Shown: positions 1-9,879 of the stretch, piece by piece
Layout: each line of letters begins with the position of its first letter
Numbering within the stretch: the first letter of the stretch is position 1
Source of the DNA: an uncultured delta proteobacterium
Lineage (GTDB): Bacteria; Desulfobacterota; WTBG01
DNA: 64,000 nucleotides
Assembly (NCBI GenBank): GCA_963793865.1
Contig: CAWCBP010000001.1
Location: 704,001-768,000 of the forward strand
Direction of reading: 5' to 3'
The notes under the pieces: model-generated
The model's input: the letters and a program-made list of their open reading frames with translations, nothing else
What the model was told of the DNA's origin: nothing
Database searches by the model: none
Position numbers and translations under genes: made by a program

Positions 1-2
1 TC

Positions 3-1064
3 GGCTCGCCCGAAACGACCTACCTGTGTCCCGCTATAGCCGACACCTTCATCGATGAATCGCTGGTGGACGGTGAACACAATCTTAACTACAACTGGAA
101 GACACGGGTAATGATTTCATGGCACGCTTCCTATGGGAGGGCGCGCGGACTGTGGAAATTTGAAATTCCGGAGGGTATTCTTGCCGGGGATATAAAATGT
201 GCAAAAATCTTCCTCTCCGGTTCAGAGCATGCGTTCAAGACATACCAGTTTATCGTTGATTTTTTAGCACTGGACGCTCCCTTCAACGAGGAGACGGTTA
301 CGTGGGATACCCTGGCAGGCGGCGGCTATGATACAAGTGTCGTATCTTCAGGAACTATCTATCAGACCCTCGTCGGAAATCCTGCCATTAACTGGAGGGC
401 GGTAATCGATCTGACTGATCTTCTGGCGGGAAACCTGGCCAAGGTAAGGAATAACGGGATACTCATGAAAAAACAGTCCGAATCAGGAACAAACCTTCAT
501 CAGCATATGGCATCACGGGAATGTTACGATGAGAGTGATGTTGCTGCCTATCTCCTGATTGAACTGGCAGATACGGACGGTGATAGCCTGGGTGATGCGT
601 GCGATAATTGTCCCCTCATCGCTAATGCCGGCCAGGAAGATGGGGATACTGATGGGGTTGGAAACGTGTGCGATAATTGTTCACTTATTGCCAACGCCGG
701 CCAGGAAGATGGGGATGGTGATGGGGTTGGAAACGTATGCGATAATTGTCCCAATAATGCCAATGCAGGGCAGGAAGACTCCTATCCTCCGCAGGACAAC
801 GGCTGCGGAGATGCCTGTGAGTGTGAAGGAAATTTTGATGGAGACCTGGATGTGGATGGCAGCGATGCAAGTACCTTCAAGATGGATTTCGGCAGAAGTA
901 AAATCAGCGATCCCTGTACCAATGCGCTTCCCTGCAATGGTGACTTTGAATGTGATACCGACGTAGACGGATCAAATGCCACCCAATTCAAGCGGGATTT
1001 TGGAAGAAGCAAGATAATTAATGCATGCCCAATTTGTACAACTGATCCGTGGTGTATTTATTAA
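3..1064 (+). CDS. DNRLRE-type domain protein with thrombospondin type-3 repeats and two C-terminal Cys-bracketed dockerin-like repeats (5' partial)
   Basis: Frame is open from base 3 ([20 protein letters not shown]...). DNRLRE-like motifs ADTFID, EETVTW, NNGILMK, SRE. Repeated [14 protein letters not shown] (TSP3). [26 protein letters not shown] and [26 protein letters not shown]. Confidence 0.75.
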   Translation, partial: GSPETTYLCPAIADTFIDESLVDGEHNLNYNWKTRVMISWHASYGRARGLWKFEIPEGILAGDIKCAKIFLSGSEHAFKTYQFIVDFLALDAPFNEETVTWDTLAGGGYDTSVVSSGTIYQTLVGNPAINWRAVIDLTDLLAGNLAKVRNNGILMKKQSESGTNLHQHMASRECYDESDVAAYLLIELADTDGDSLGDACDNCPLIANAGQEDGDTDGVGNVCDNCSLIANAGQEDGDGDGVGNVCDNCPNNANAGQEDSYPPQDNGCGDACECEGNFDGDLDVDGSDASTFKMDFGRSKISDPCTNALPCNGDFECDTDVDGSNATQFKRDFGRSKIINACPICTTDPWCIY

Positions 1065-1066
1065 AA

Positions 1067-1101
1067 GCGATGTGCAATGTGTGATATGTGATGTGCGATG
1101 A
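1067..1101. repeat. Degenerate heptamer tandem repeat (5 copies)
   Basis: gcgatgt gcaatgt gtgatat gtgatgt gcgatga immediately after the stop codon. Confidence 0.6.
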
Positions 1102-1131
1102 AAACACTAATAAACATCCATGCCGTAGTAG

Positions 1132-2136
1132 ATGAGGTATCCTGACATGAAGATGACAATGACAAATGTCGTTCTCGTTATTTCTTTACTTGTCTTTGTT
1201 GTGTATATAACGCCGGCAGGGGCGGTAATCTGCCCCTCTATTTCGGATGTGTATATTGACCAGTATGCACCCGATGAGAACATGAATTATAGAACGAGGA
1301 TTCTTATTTCCTATCATCCTTCAAAGGGGATAGCACGGGGACTCTTTAGGTTTGATATCCCCGAAGAGATTGATGCTTCTGAAATTACCTCTGCTACACT
1401 CTATCTCTCAGGTTCTTACCATACCGGTGGTGGTGATGCGATAAACGTTACTTGCTATGCGCTCAATGAATCTTTTAGTGAGGGAAGTGATACATGGAAT
1501 ACACTTTCCGGAGGTGATTATGATTCCAGCATATCCTCGTCAGGAAATCTCCCCGCCGGTTCTGACTGGGAAACTTCAATTGATGTGACGACTCTTGCAG
1601 CAGGAAATCTTGATAAGCTAAGGGATAACGGTCTGCTGATGAGATTGCAAAATGAGAGCATCGACAATTATCAGAATATTGCTTCCAGAGAATTTGTTGA
1701 TCCGCAGGATTTTGCCCCCTATCTCGATATTGAATATTCAGACATCACTTCATCAACAACCACATCAGAACCGGTTGAAACCAGTACCACTACCATCCCG
1801 GTCAGTTCCACTACCAGCAGTTTTGTTTCCACCTCATCAACCACCACCATCTTCGAAGATACAACATCCGTCATAACCAGTTCAACGACAACATCCAGGA
1901 GACCACCCTGTCCGGTAGAAAACATATATGGTGAAGGCTCTGAAGAGGTGGTGATTTTAAAATATGTTCGGGATAATATCTTGCAGGGCACTCCTGAAGG
2001 TCGGGAAATAGTCCAACTATATTATGCATGGAGTCCTTTTATAGCGAGAATGATTGAAAATGACCCGTCGCTGCAGGATGAACTAAAAGAGATATTAAAT
2101 GTGTTTCTGGATGATATGAAGGAATCACTCGAATAA
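1132..2136 (+). CDS. Secreted DNRLRE-type domain protein with Ser/Thr-rich linker and CFI-box-CTERM-like C-terminal domain
   Basis: Signal peptide; SDVYIDQYAPDENMNY...TWN...DNGLLMR...SRE...PYLDIEY; STTT-rich stretch; tail CPVENIYG...VRDNIL...EGREIVQLYYAWSP. Exact start codon uncertain. Confidence 0.75.
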   Translation: MRYPDMKMTMTNVVLVISLLVFVVYITPAGAVICPSISDVYIDQYAPDENMNYRTRILISYHPSKGIARGLFRFDIPEEIDASEITSATLYLSGSYHTGGGDAINVTCYALNESFSEGSDTWNTLSGGDYDSSISSSGNLPAGSDWETSIDVTTLAAGNLDKLRDNGLLMRLQNESIDNYQNIASREFVDPQDFAPYLDIEYSDITSSTTTSEPVETSTTTIPVSSTTSSFVSTSSTTTIFEDTTSVITSSTTTSRRPPCPVENIYGEGSEEVVILKYVRDNILQGTPEGREIVQLYYAWSPFIARMIENDPSLQDELKEILNVFLDDMKESLE

Positions 2137-2155
2137 TACGGTGTAAACCTTAAAA

Positions 2156-3231
2156 ATGAAGAAAGTAGTTTTTATTCTTCTACTTGTGTTATGGCTTATC
2201 AGTGTGCCTTTAGCCTCTGCAGAATTGCTAACCCTGCAGGTAGATAAGGACACCTATATTGATTCCATCAGTCCGAACGGCAATTTTGGGGGAAGGTGGA
2301 ATTTTCTCATAAGCGGCATGACGGGGAAAAGTGCGTATGGATTATTGCATTTTGATACAACGCCGCTTCCGGATGAGGCCACAATACAGAGCGCACAATT
2401 AACTTTTCTTATTCATGGCAATAATACTACAGGTAGCTATTTCATCCACCCTCTCCTGCAAGCTTGGGATGAAGCCTCTGCTACATGGATCTCCTCAGCA
2501 ACAGGGGTTTTATGGACGTATCCGGGCGGAGATTATGATCAGGGTACTTATGCAGCTAATTCCTTTAAGCGGTCCATATCCCGGACTGGGTGGTTATGGA
2601 CATTACCTCCCTGGTGAGTGACGAAACAGGAAGGCTTAAAGATAGCGTCGAATCTTATGGTCTTTTGCTTCGGGCAGATGCTGGCTACACAAAATCACTC
2701 TCCTCTGAATTTAGCTCCAATGCCAATGCAGCATCCTGTCACTCCTGTCATGGATCCTTACCACCTGAGCGCGACGAGGGTAAATCATTTAACTGTATTG
2801 CTTGCCATAACCGGGATGGCATTCCTCTTTCCGGAGAGCCGGCCCTTATTATAGAGTATCAGATAACTGATTTCGATGGTGATGGTGTTTTTGATGGGGT
2901 TGATAATTGCCCGAACGTTTCGAATGCGGGCCAGGAAGACAGCTACCCCCCGGGGGGCAATGCCCTCGGTGATGCCTGTGAATGTGAATCGGACTTTGAT
3001 TGTGATGGGAATGTAGATGGCACCGATGCTTTTAGCTTCAAAACACATTATGGCAGGAGCTTAATTAGCAACCCCTGTACAGCAATTAATTACTGCCAGG
3101 GAGATTTTAGTTGCGATGGGGATGTTGATGGAGCTGATGCATTTCTTTTCAAATCAGATTTTGGCAGAGGGGCGGCAGGTAACGACTGTCCAACCTGCGC
3201 TTCCGGAGATTGGTGCAGTGGCTCGTATTAA
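2156..3231 (+). CDS. Secreted DNRLRE-type protein with two CxxCH motifs, TSP3 repeat and paired dockerin-like repeats; split by apparent indels near 2556-2585
   Basis: ORFs 2156..2617 and 2590..3231 join (…GGDYDQGTYAAIPLSGPYPDWVVMDITS…) if one A and one C are removed from short homopolymers; CHSCH and CIACH; C-terminus paralogous to that of ORF 3..1064. Confidence 0.7.
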
Positions 3232-3305
3232 AATGATTTTAATACAAGCATGTTATACGAGCACAAAGAATAATTACAGCGGCATTGCCGCTGTAAACGT
3301 ATAGG

Positions 3306-4885
3306 GTGTTGTTTATGATAAGAAGCGGCCGGTTAAACGGAGAAAAACCGTTACTTATGAGAGTAGCCGTTGGTTTGATGTGTTTAGGCATGCTGTCAGG
3401 ATGCCAGGATGTGTTTGATGCAAATCGGGTGCAGATGGTTACTGATCCGTCTTCATTTAAAAATTTTATACTACCCCCGACCAATGTGGTTTACGGGCCA
3501 TATGCGATGCTACCGGCTGACGGGACCGGCATCGTTGCCTGGGAAGAAAAAGAGTGGATCGGAAAACTCAGGCATGTGGAAGTCCCCTTTACTGATCTTG
3601 CTCCGGCAACTGAATATTTCTATAGCGTTAATGGGGCTGAAAACTACGGTCGATTTATCACCCCACCTGCGGCTAATGAGCCCTTTAGCTTTCTATTATG
3701 GAGTGATTCCCGTACCGGTACTGATGTAGCGGAAGAAATTGCGCATCAGATGGTCTCGCTTGTACCTGATGCATCGTTTGCCCTCCACGCCGGTGATTTT
3801 GTGATTGATGGGGATAGAGAAGAATGCTGGGGAGAAGAGTGGTGGGCGCCCATGCATGATCTGTTGTTGCACTGCCCTATTTACCCCACCATGGGTAATC
3901 ACGAGGAGGATTCGCCCTTCTATTACCGCTACTTTTCATCTCTTGGCGGGAGAGGCGTTAATTATTCATTTGACTGGGGTTCCGCACATATTGTGGTGTG
4001 TAAAATTGATGAAGGTGACAGTGAACAGCTGGAATGGCTGGAACAGGATTTAGCGGCCAATAGCAATGCAAGTTTTACCCTTGTGTCCCATCATGTGCCT
4101 CCTTTTTCTTCAACAACCAGTGATACAGGGGGCATTCCATATTTGCAGGAATCGGTTGTTCCCCTCTTTGAAAAGTACGGGGTAGATCTTGTGGTAAGTG
4201 GCGATATCCACAGTTATCAGCATCACATCAGGAATAACACCCACTATCTCACGTCGGCCGGCGGCGGGGAAAAGCCATATGATTATGGGTTGCCTCTTGA
4301 AGGAATGACCCTGGCCTTCTGAAAACATATAATTTCAGCCGCTGTAGGCTGGAGAATAACAGAATGCATGTTACCACCTATAACCAGGCGGGTGAATGCA
4401 TCGACAGCTTTGAAATTCTTCCCGATAGCCCGCCGGTAATTACCAGCAAATCACAGTAGAGGCGAGTGATTCCCGGGTAACCCCGGGAGGGCAGTCGCAG
4501 GGTTGATTTTTACGTGAACAAAATTCAGGGACTAGATGCAGTAAGCTTAACCATGAAGTATAATAAAGATACGCCCCCTGTGCTTTTAGAGGTGATTGAC
4601 GCAGATACAGTGAGCGAGGGGATTCAAATTGAGCAGGGCGAACTAGGCGGTACAATACAAATGAACCTGGCGGATAACGCCAGCGGAGTTCTTGAATACC
4701 GGGAAGATGGTATAAACGGCCTCAGCGGGGAAAAAGTTAAAGTAGGCTCTGCCGTTTTGAGCATACCGGAAGATTCATACATCACTGCCATGTATCTGGT
4801 TCCCCAGGTTACGCTCTATAATACCTCCGGTGCCGAGATACCCCATTTCATGGGCGGAGCAAAAATTATCATTGCAAAAGAATAA
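3306..4885 (+). CDS. Purple-acid-phosphatase-like metallophosphoesterase lipoprotein with C-terminal cohesin-like domain; split by three apparent indels
   Basis: Lipobox LSGC; motifs SDSR, HAGDFV, MGNHE, SHHVP, SGDIHSY. After 4318 another frame reads LKTYNFSR...CIDSFEI, then VEASDSRVTPGGQ, then joins ORF 4514..4885 (LLEVIDAD...GIQIEQG). Indels at ttctga, agcaaatc, cagggtt. Start uncertain. Confidence 0.7.
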
Positions 4886-4920
4886 CTGATATGCTGCTTC
4901 TTAATAAAGGGAGTTATTTC

Positions 4921-6615
4921 ATGAGAATTGTGGAAGGATAAAAAAAACAATAAGCATGTGTTTCCTTTGATACTGCTCTTTTGTTTTATCTCATCCATAC
5001 TTCCTGGGCTGCCACCTTTGGCTGCGAAAAAGATGCCTATATTGATGCCCTTTATCCGGATGACAATTTCGGGGGAAGCGATCGACTGCTGATTGCTGAT
5101 AGCGAGCAGCCGACGAGAGCCCTGTTAAAGTTTTCCATCCCGTCATGGGTTGAAGCCTCCAATATCTCAGGACGCGAATAGTGCTTTACAGTGCTCCATG
5201 GACAAGCGGTGGAGGCGCGGAAACCGATTTTGAGATGTATGCCGTAACTCAGGACTGGATTGAGGGGAGTTGCCTCCGTTACAACGATCCAACACCAGAC
5301 AACGGCGCAACCTGGAACCAGTTTGCGTATGATGCCGACTCATCCAAAAACCGTTGGGTCACTCCCCGGGGGTGATTATGATAGCAGTGTTTCGGTGGCG
5401 GGTACCTTCCCGCTCGGTTCTGAGTGGGGTCCTTTGACCATTGATGTCACGGAACTGATAAAAAGCAGGCTTGATGATGCCAGGGATTATGGATTATTAA
5501 TCAAGCATCCACTCGAAGACGGGGCAGGAAGCTGGCAGAATTGTGCGGGCAGGGATTCATCCGGTTATGACCCGCCCCGCCATCCTTATCTGGAAATAGA
5601 TTTCCTGGAGCCGCCTCCTAATGATCCTCCCAATGCCCCCTTTGATCCTTCACCCGCTGGCGGTGCAGAGGGAGTAGTGGTCACTACCTCCTTAAGCTGG
5701 AGCTGTGACGATCCGGATCAGGATAATACCCTCCGATATGATGTCTATTTCGGGAGCGGGGATGAGCCTGCTCTGGTTTCAGAAAACCAGGCTGCGACTG
5801 TCTATGAGCTTCCCGTACTGTCACTTGGCACTGCCTATAGCTGGAAAATTGTGGCCAGAGACAATTATGGGGCGGAAACCCATGGTGATATCTGGCACTT
5901 CACCACTGTAACCTCTGCCATTACCTCCGTGTATCCGGACAGTGCCTCCCCTTTTTATTTTCGGGATGTCAGGTATATGCCTTTGATGAAACCTGTAGTT
6001 ATAAAAGGTGAAGGAACGCACTTCCGTTTTCCGCAATCGAAGGTTTCATTTGACGATGAAAATATTTTTACCGTATTTTCCTTTCCCATCTCAAAGACTG
6101 CCATCTGGGCATGGGTGGTGATCGGAGAGACGGCAAAAGCGGGGCTGCATGATATCACCGTCACCACCGGTGACGAATCGTCCGCCGGCAGAGCGCTTTT
6201 TGAGGTGGTGAGATTCTGGAGGGGTGAAGAAACTGTTACCGTCAAGCACGGCGATGAGTCCGCGTCTGTGGCGTTTAAGGGGCTTCAGGTCAGAACATTT
6301 AAGGAGAAGGATGCCGTTTTGCTCTCGGATATTGTCACCAAGTCGGCATTGACGGATGAGCCTGAGAACTACTTTTACAATCTGATTGCAAGCGACAACT
6401 ATTCATTGGCAAGGGGAATCGTTGTCGGCGGATGGGATACGGGACTTCCCCCCTGGCCGGACATGCAAAAAGGGTATCTCTATCAGTCCCCTACCTATGA
6501 GCTTCTCACCGGGTGGGAGAGTGATACCATAGGGGGGCGGATAGGCCAGGCATACAACGTTAAATACATGAACAGAGGTACCATTGAATTGAGAGAAGAG
6601 GATATTGTAGAATGA
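4921..6615 (+). CDS. Secreted DNRLRE-type protein with FN3-like and IPT/Ig-like domains; several apparent indels in 5' part
   Basis: RBS aagggag before ATG 4921; fragments 4981..5181, 5181..5375 and 5260..6615 are colinear pieces of one DNRLRE-like domain (KDAYID...DDNFG, W.EG...ATWN, PGGDYD, DYGLLIK, PYLEIDF); LSWS..DPD...YDVYFG...YSWKIVARD...WHFTT is FN3-like. Confidence 0.65.
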
Positions 6616-6635
6616 AATGGCGCAAAGGGAGAGAA

Positions 6636-7511
6636 ATGATGAGAACTGCGATTGAGTTTGTTGTCGCACGGCATTAATGATGAGCCTGTTGCGGAGAATA
6701 TGCTGGCTGCTGAAATAATTTGTCAGGACACCGCGGATCTGCATATCGATGAGTGGTATCCCGATGAAAATCTTAATTATCAGGACAGATTGCTGGTGGC
6801 AACCAACAACAACACACATCATGGCATAGGCAGGGCCCTTTTTTTATTTGCCCTCCCGGAAGATTTGGCTATCGCAGATATCAAGAATGCAAAAATATAC
6901 TTTTCGGGATGCTCGCACTGCGGAGGTGGTAAAGGAGGCCAGGTGGCATTTTATGCCTTGAATGAGCCATTTGATGAAGACGCGGATACCTGGAACAGCC
7001 TTGGGTGGAGGAAATTGGGATGATTCGGTATATTGCCGGGCAGTGCTTCCGGAAGGCAGCGACTGGAATGAGGCCGTGAATGGGAACCTCCCGCTGATGC
7101 GAATGGATTCGATGTTACCAATCTTCTCAAGGCAATCTTGATAAGGTCAGGGACAATGGCGTCATGTTGAGGTTTTATGACGAGCACCAGGATCCGTACA
7201 CGCACCAGAATATCGCTTCCAGGGAGTCGGAAGATCCACTGGACTTCGCGCCGTATCTGGAAATCAGTACCCGGGAGGATATTACCTGCCCCGCTGAAGT
7301 TATTTTCAGTGATAGCCATGAGAAGATAGAAGTGCTCAGAAGATTCCGTGATCAAGTCCTTGCGAAGACAGAAGGAGGAAGGTATATAATGAGCATTTAC
7401 TATCACTGTGCTCCGTACGCATCCTATTTTCTTATAACTGATCCATATCTGAGGGCCGGTGCGCGCACATCAGCTGATGCCCTGTTGCCGCTTGTGAAAA
7501 TGCTTTTCTAA
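6636..7511 (+). CDS. Secreted DNRLRE-type protein with CFI-box-CTERM-like tail; several apparent indels
   Basis: Fragments 6652..7023 and 7164..7511 are closely paralogous to 1132..2136 (IDEWYPDENLNY, YALNE.F.E..DTWN, QNIASRE..DP.DFAPYL); tail CPAEVIF...LRRFRDQVLAKTEGGR...YY. Confidence 0.65.
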
Positions 7512-7557
7512 GATACCAGCCTTGGGCCGATGAATCTCTCGGGAATAATGATAGCCG

Positions 7558-7607
7558 GTAGGAGCGGCTTTAAGCCGCGAATTTATCGCGCATGAATGCG
7601 CTCCTAC
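7558..7607. repeat. Inverted pair of GTAG-family REP elements (REPIN-like)
   Basis: GTAGGAGCGGC-TTTAA-GCCGCG followed by the reverse complement of GTAGGAGCGCAT-TC-ATGCGCG. Confidence 0.75.
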
Positions 7608-7649
7608 CTGAATTTCAAACATGTTTGGCTAATTTTACACGATGTGTTA

Positions 7650-7683
7650 GAAAACCCCGCAGCTCCGCCGCGGGGTAATTCAC
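7650..7683 (+). mobile_element. Possible orphan IS200/IS605-type right-end hairpin
   Basis: gaaaACCCCGCAGctccgcCGCGGGGTaatTCAC: GC hairpin followed by TCAC, the form of IS605/IS1341 right ends; no tnpA/tnpB nearby. Confidence 0.4.
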
Positions 7684-7712
7684 TTGACAGGGAGCATGAT
7701 ATCTTTTATAGT
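7684..7712 (+). promoter_or_regulatory. Sigma70-type promoter of the Mo/W operon
   Basis: TTGACA-17 nt-TATAGT, 65 nt before ATG 7778. Confidence 0.7.
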
Positions 7713-7777
7713 TTATCACCTTAAGTGGTTTAAACATAAAGAGAAATTAAGCTATGATTCATATGTAAAGGTCAGCC

Positions 7778-8500
7778 ATGCGTGTATATGTTGGTTTTGA
7801 TGATACAGATGTCCTCGACGGACCTTATGGTACAGGTAAATTAGTCCGCCATTTTGAAGACAGTCTTCCCGAGGGGTGCGTCCTCTGGGGTGTTGTTCGC
7901 CAGCAGCTTTTAGTGGATGATCGCATACCCTATACCTCTCACAACAGCTCGGCCTGTGCGGTGATTGACATTGCTGAGCCGTCGCTTGTGCCTCATCTCA
8001 TAGCGAAAGCAATTGAGCACATTGAGCAGAAATCCAGTTTTGGGAGCGACCCCGGCCTCTGCGTTGCCGGAGAAGATGACCCGGCATTGCCCCGTTTAAT
8101 TGAACTTGGGCGTTTATGTACTGCCAAAGTAATCACCCAGCAGGAAGTACGGGGGTCTGTAAACGGAACCCATGTTTCCGGGCACGGGGGAACCAATGAC
8201 GGCATCATAGGTGCCGTTGCGGCAGTAGGGCTGACCGCCTCGGGATGGAGCGGCAGGTTTATCGAATATGGAAGGCTTCGGAAGTTTCCTGATGTAGTTG
8301 CCGTGTCTGAACTCGAGCGCTCCGGCATCCGGGTGGTATCCGTGGATAGGGACACCATGCTGCCGGGTTGCGATGATGTGGTGCACACCAGGGGGTGGCT
8401 GCGGCCGCGTCTTTGGGGGTGCGTGCCTGTTCTTCCGGTTCGGCCGGCAGGCGTTAACAGGTGGGAAAGCATAGGGGAGAAAAACAGAAGTAAAAACTGA
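7778..8500 (+). CDS. Stand-alone TiaS N-terminal-domain-like protein, function unknown
   Basis: VGFDDTD, R.QL...IPYTSHNSSAC, SDPGLCV, GIIGAVAAVG match the N-terminal ATP-binding region of archaeal TiaS; too short for the OB-fold and Zn-ribbon parts. Confidence 0.6.
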   Translation: MRVYVGFDDTDVLDGPYGTGKLVRHFEDSLPEGCVLWGVVRQQLLVDDRIPYTSHNSSACAVIDIAEPSLVPHLIAKAIEHIEQKSSFGSDPGLCVAGEDDPALPRLIELGRLCTAKVITQQEVRGSVNGTHVSGHGGTNDGIIGAVAAVGLTASGWSGRFIEYGRLRKFPDVVAVSELERSGIRVVSVDRDTMLPGCDDVVHTRGWLRPRLWGCVPVLPVRPAGVNRWESIGEKNRSKN

Positions 8501-8515
8501 GAGGGAGGACAGACC

Positions 8516-8731
8516 ATGGCAGGCAAAATATTTTACCGTGAGCGCCGCAAGATTGGTAAAGAAGAAAAAAAGCCCCGTTTCAAGATAGTTGCTGTAGCAG
8601 GCGTTGACCTCGGGATTTATGCAGAGCACCTTCGCAAGCAGGAACTGGAGCAAATCGCGCAGTCTATCGGCGCGGAACTGGTCTTGCTTAAACATGCAGG
8701 CAAGGGAGACGAGAAAGAAGTAGAGGTGTAG
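8516..8731 (+). CDS. Small basic hypothetical protein (71 aa)
   Basis: Strong RBS ggagga, 15 nt after the preceding stop. Confidence 0.7.
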   Translation: MAGKIFYRERRKIGKEEKKPRFKIVAVAGVDLGIYAEHLRKQELEQIAQSIGAELVLLKHAGKGDEKEVEV

Positions 8732-8854
8732 ATCCGAAACGAAGTTACGATACCGAATTTTATGATCACCTGCGGCCGTGGCAGGGTTGAGGATACTTTC
8801 ATGCCCGGCGGATGGGTGCAGGCCGGGTAATGCTTGTATAAAGAGGAGTGAACC

Positions 8855-9685
8855 ATGGCGCTGGTAAGAGAGCGTGACAGCCGACGCTTGCATGTCAAGA
8901 GTAAACTGATGGGGGAAAGCCTCGTGGGAAGGTCTTTTATTGAGAGCTTGAAGATTGCCCCCCAAAAGCGGCTCTTCCCGGAGGTGAATGTCTTGAAGAT
9001 AGGCGGCCAGTCAATCTGTGACCGCGGCATCAAGGCCATTCCCGCCATTATTAAGGAGATTGTTGCCAACAAAAAGAAGCATAAGATGCTCATCACCACC
9101 GGCGGCGGTACTCGCAGCCGCCATATTTATGCCATCGGTCTTGAACTGGGAATGCCTACCGGCATTATTGCCAAATTCGGAAGCTCCATTTCCGAACAGA
9201 ATGCGCTTTTGATTGCCACGCTCCTCAATCCCTGGGGTGGTATAAAAATCGGCCATGATGAAGTCGTAAAATTGCCCAGCTATTTCGCCCAGGGCTGTAT
9301 CCCGGTTATGCACGGCATGCCGCCCTACGACTACTTTGCCATTCCTCCTGCGAAAGGCCGGATTCCCATTCATCGGACCGATGTCGGCACCCTGGTGCTG
9401 GCTGATCTCATAGGCGCGCGGAGCTGCATTTTTATAAAGGATGAAAAGGGATTGTATGCTGATGATCCCAAGAAGCATCCCAGGAGCAAATTTATCCCTG
9501 AAATAAGCGCAGCGGAGCTCATCGCGAAAAACCTGGATGACCTGATCATAGAGCGCCCCTGCCTGGAAATTCTTCAGAACAGCGAGGTCATTCATAAAAT
9601 ACAGATTATAAACGGCCTGGAGCGCGGCACCATTACCAGGGCGCTTAAAGGAGAGCACGTCGGTACGATCATTCATAAAGCATGA
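8855..9685 (+). CDS. Molybdenum storage protein (MoSto) family, amino-acid-kinase fold
   Basis: KIGGQSICDRG, TGGGTRSRHIY, GMPPY, IPIHRTDVG, IFIKDEKGLY..DPK, TRALKGEHVGTII match the Azotobacter MosA/MosB pattern as I recall it; RBS gaggag. Confidence 0.85.
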   Translation: MALVRERDSRRLHVKSKLMGESLVGRSFIESLKIAPQKRLFPEVNVLKIGGQSICDRGIKAIPAIIKEIVANKKKHKMLITTGGGTRSRHIYAIGLELGMPTGIIAKFGSSISEQNALLIATLLNPWGGIKIGHDEVVKLPSYFAQGCIPVMHGMPPYDYFAIPPAKGRIPIHRTDVGTLVLADLIGARSCIFIKDEKGLYADDPKKHPRSKFIPEISAAELIAKNLDDLIIERPCLEILQNSEVIHKIQIINGLERGTITRALKGEHVGTIIHKA

Positions 9686-9879
9686 TTTTTCAAAGCAGCT
9701 GACGGCTTGATTGAAGGGATAAACGCCCCGGTTGCCGGTTGTACGGGCAGCAGGGGCGGGATTTTAATGTGCCCTTGTGAAACTGTGCTTTGTACCTGGC
9801 GCGTTACGGTCATCGGTAGTATGAGTATAATCACGGTGTTTGTTTATCGGCGTTGCAATATGTTTTACCGGGGTCAGGT

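Noticed and set aside
4320..4322. TGA as selenocysteine in the phosphoesterase
   Set aside because: The homologous continuation is in a different frame; a one-base deletion explains it.
8735..8850. Moco/Wco riboswitch before the storage gene
   Set aside because: Only a weak AGGGT...GGATAC...GCC resemblance; other conserved elements not found. An Infernal scan would settle it.
8855..9685. Uridylate kinase pyrH
   Set aside because: Same fold, but motifs and Mo/W context fit the molybdenum storage family.
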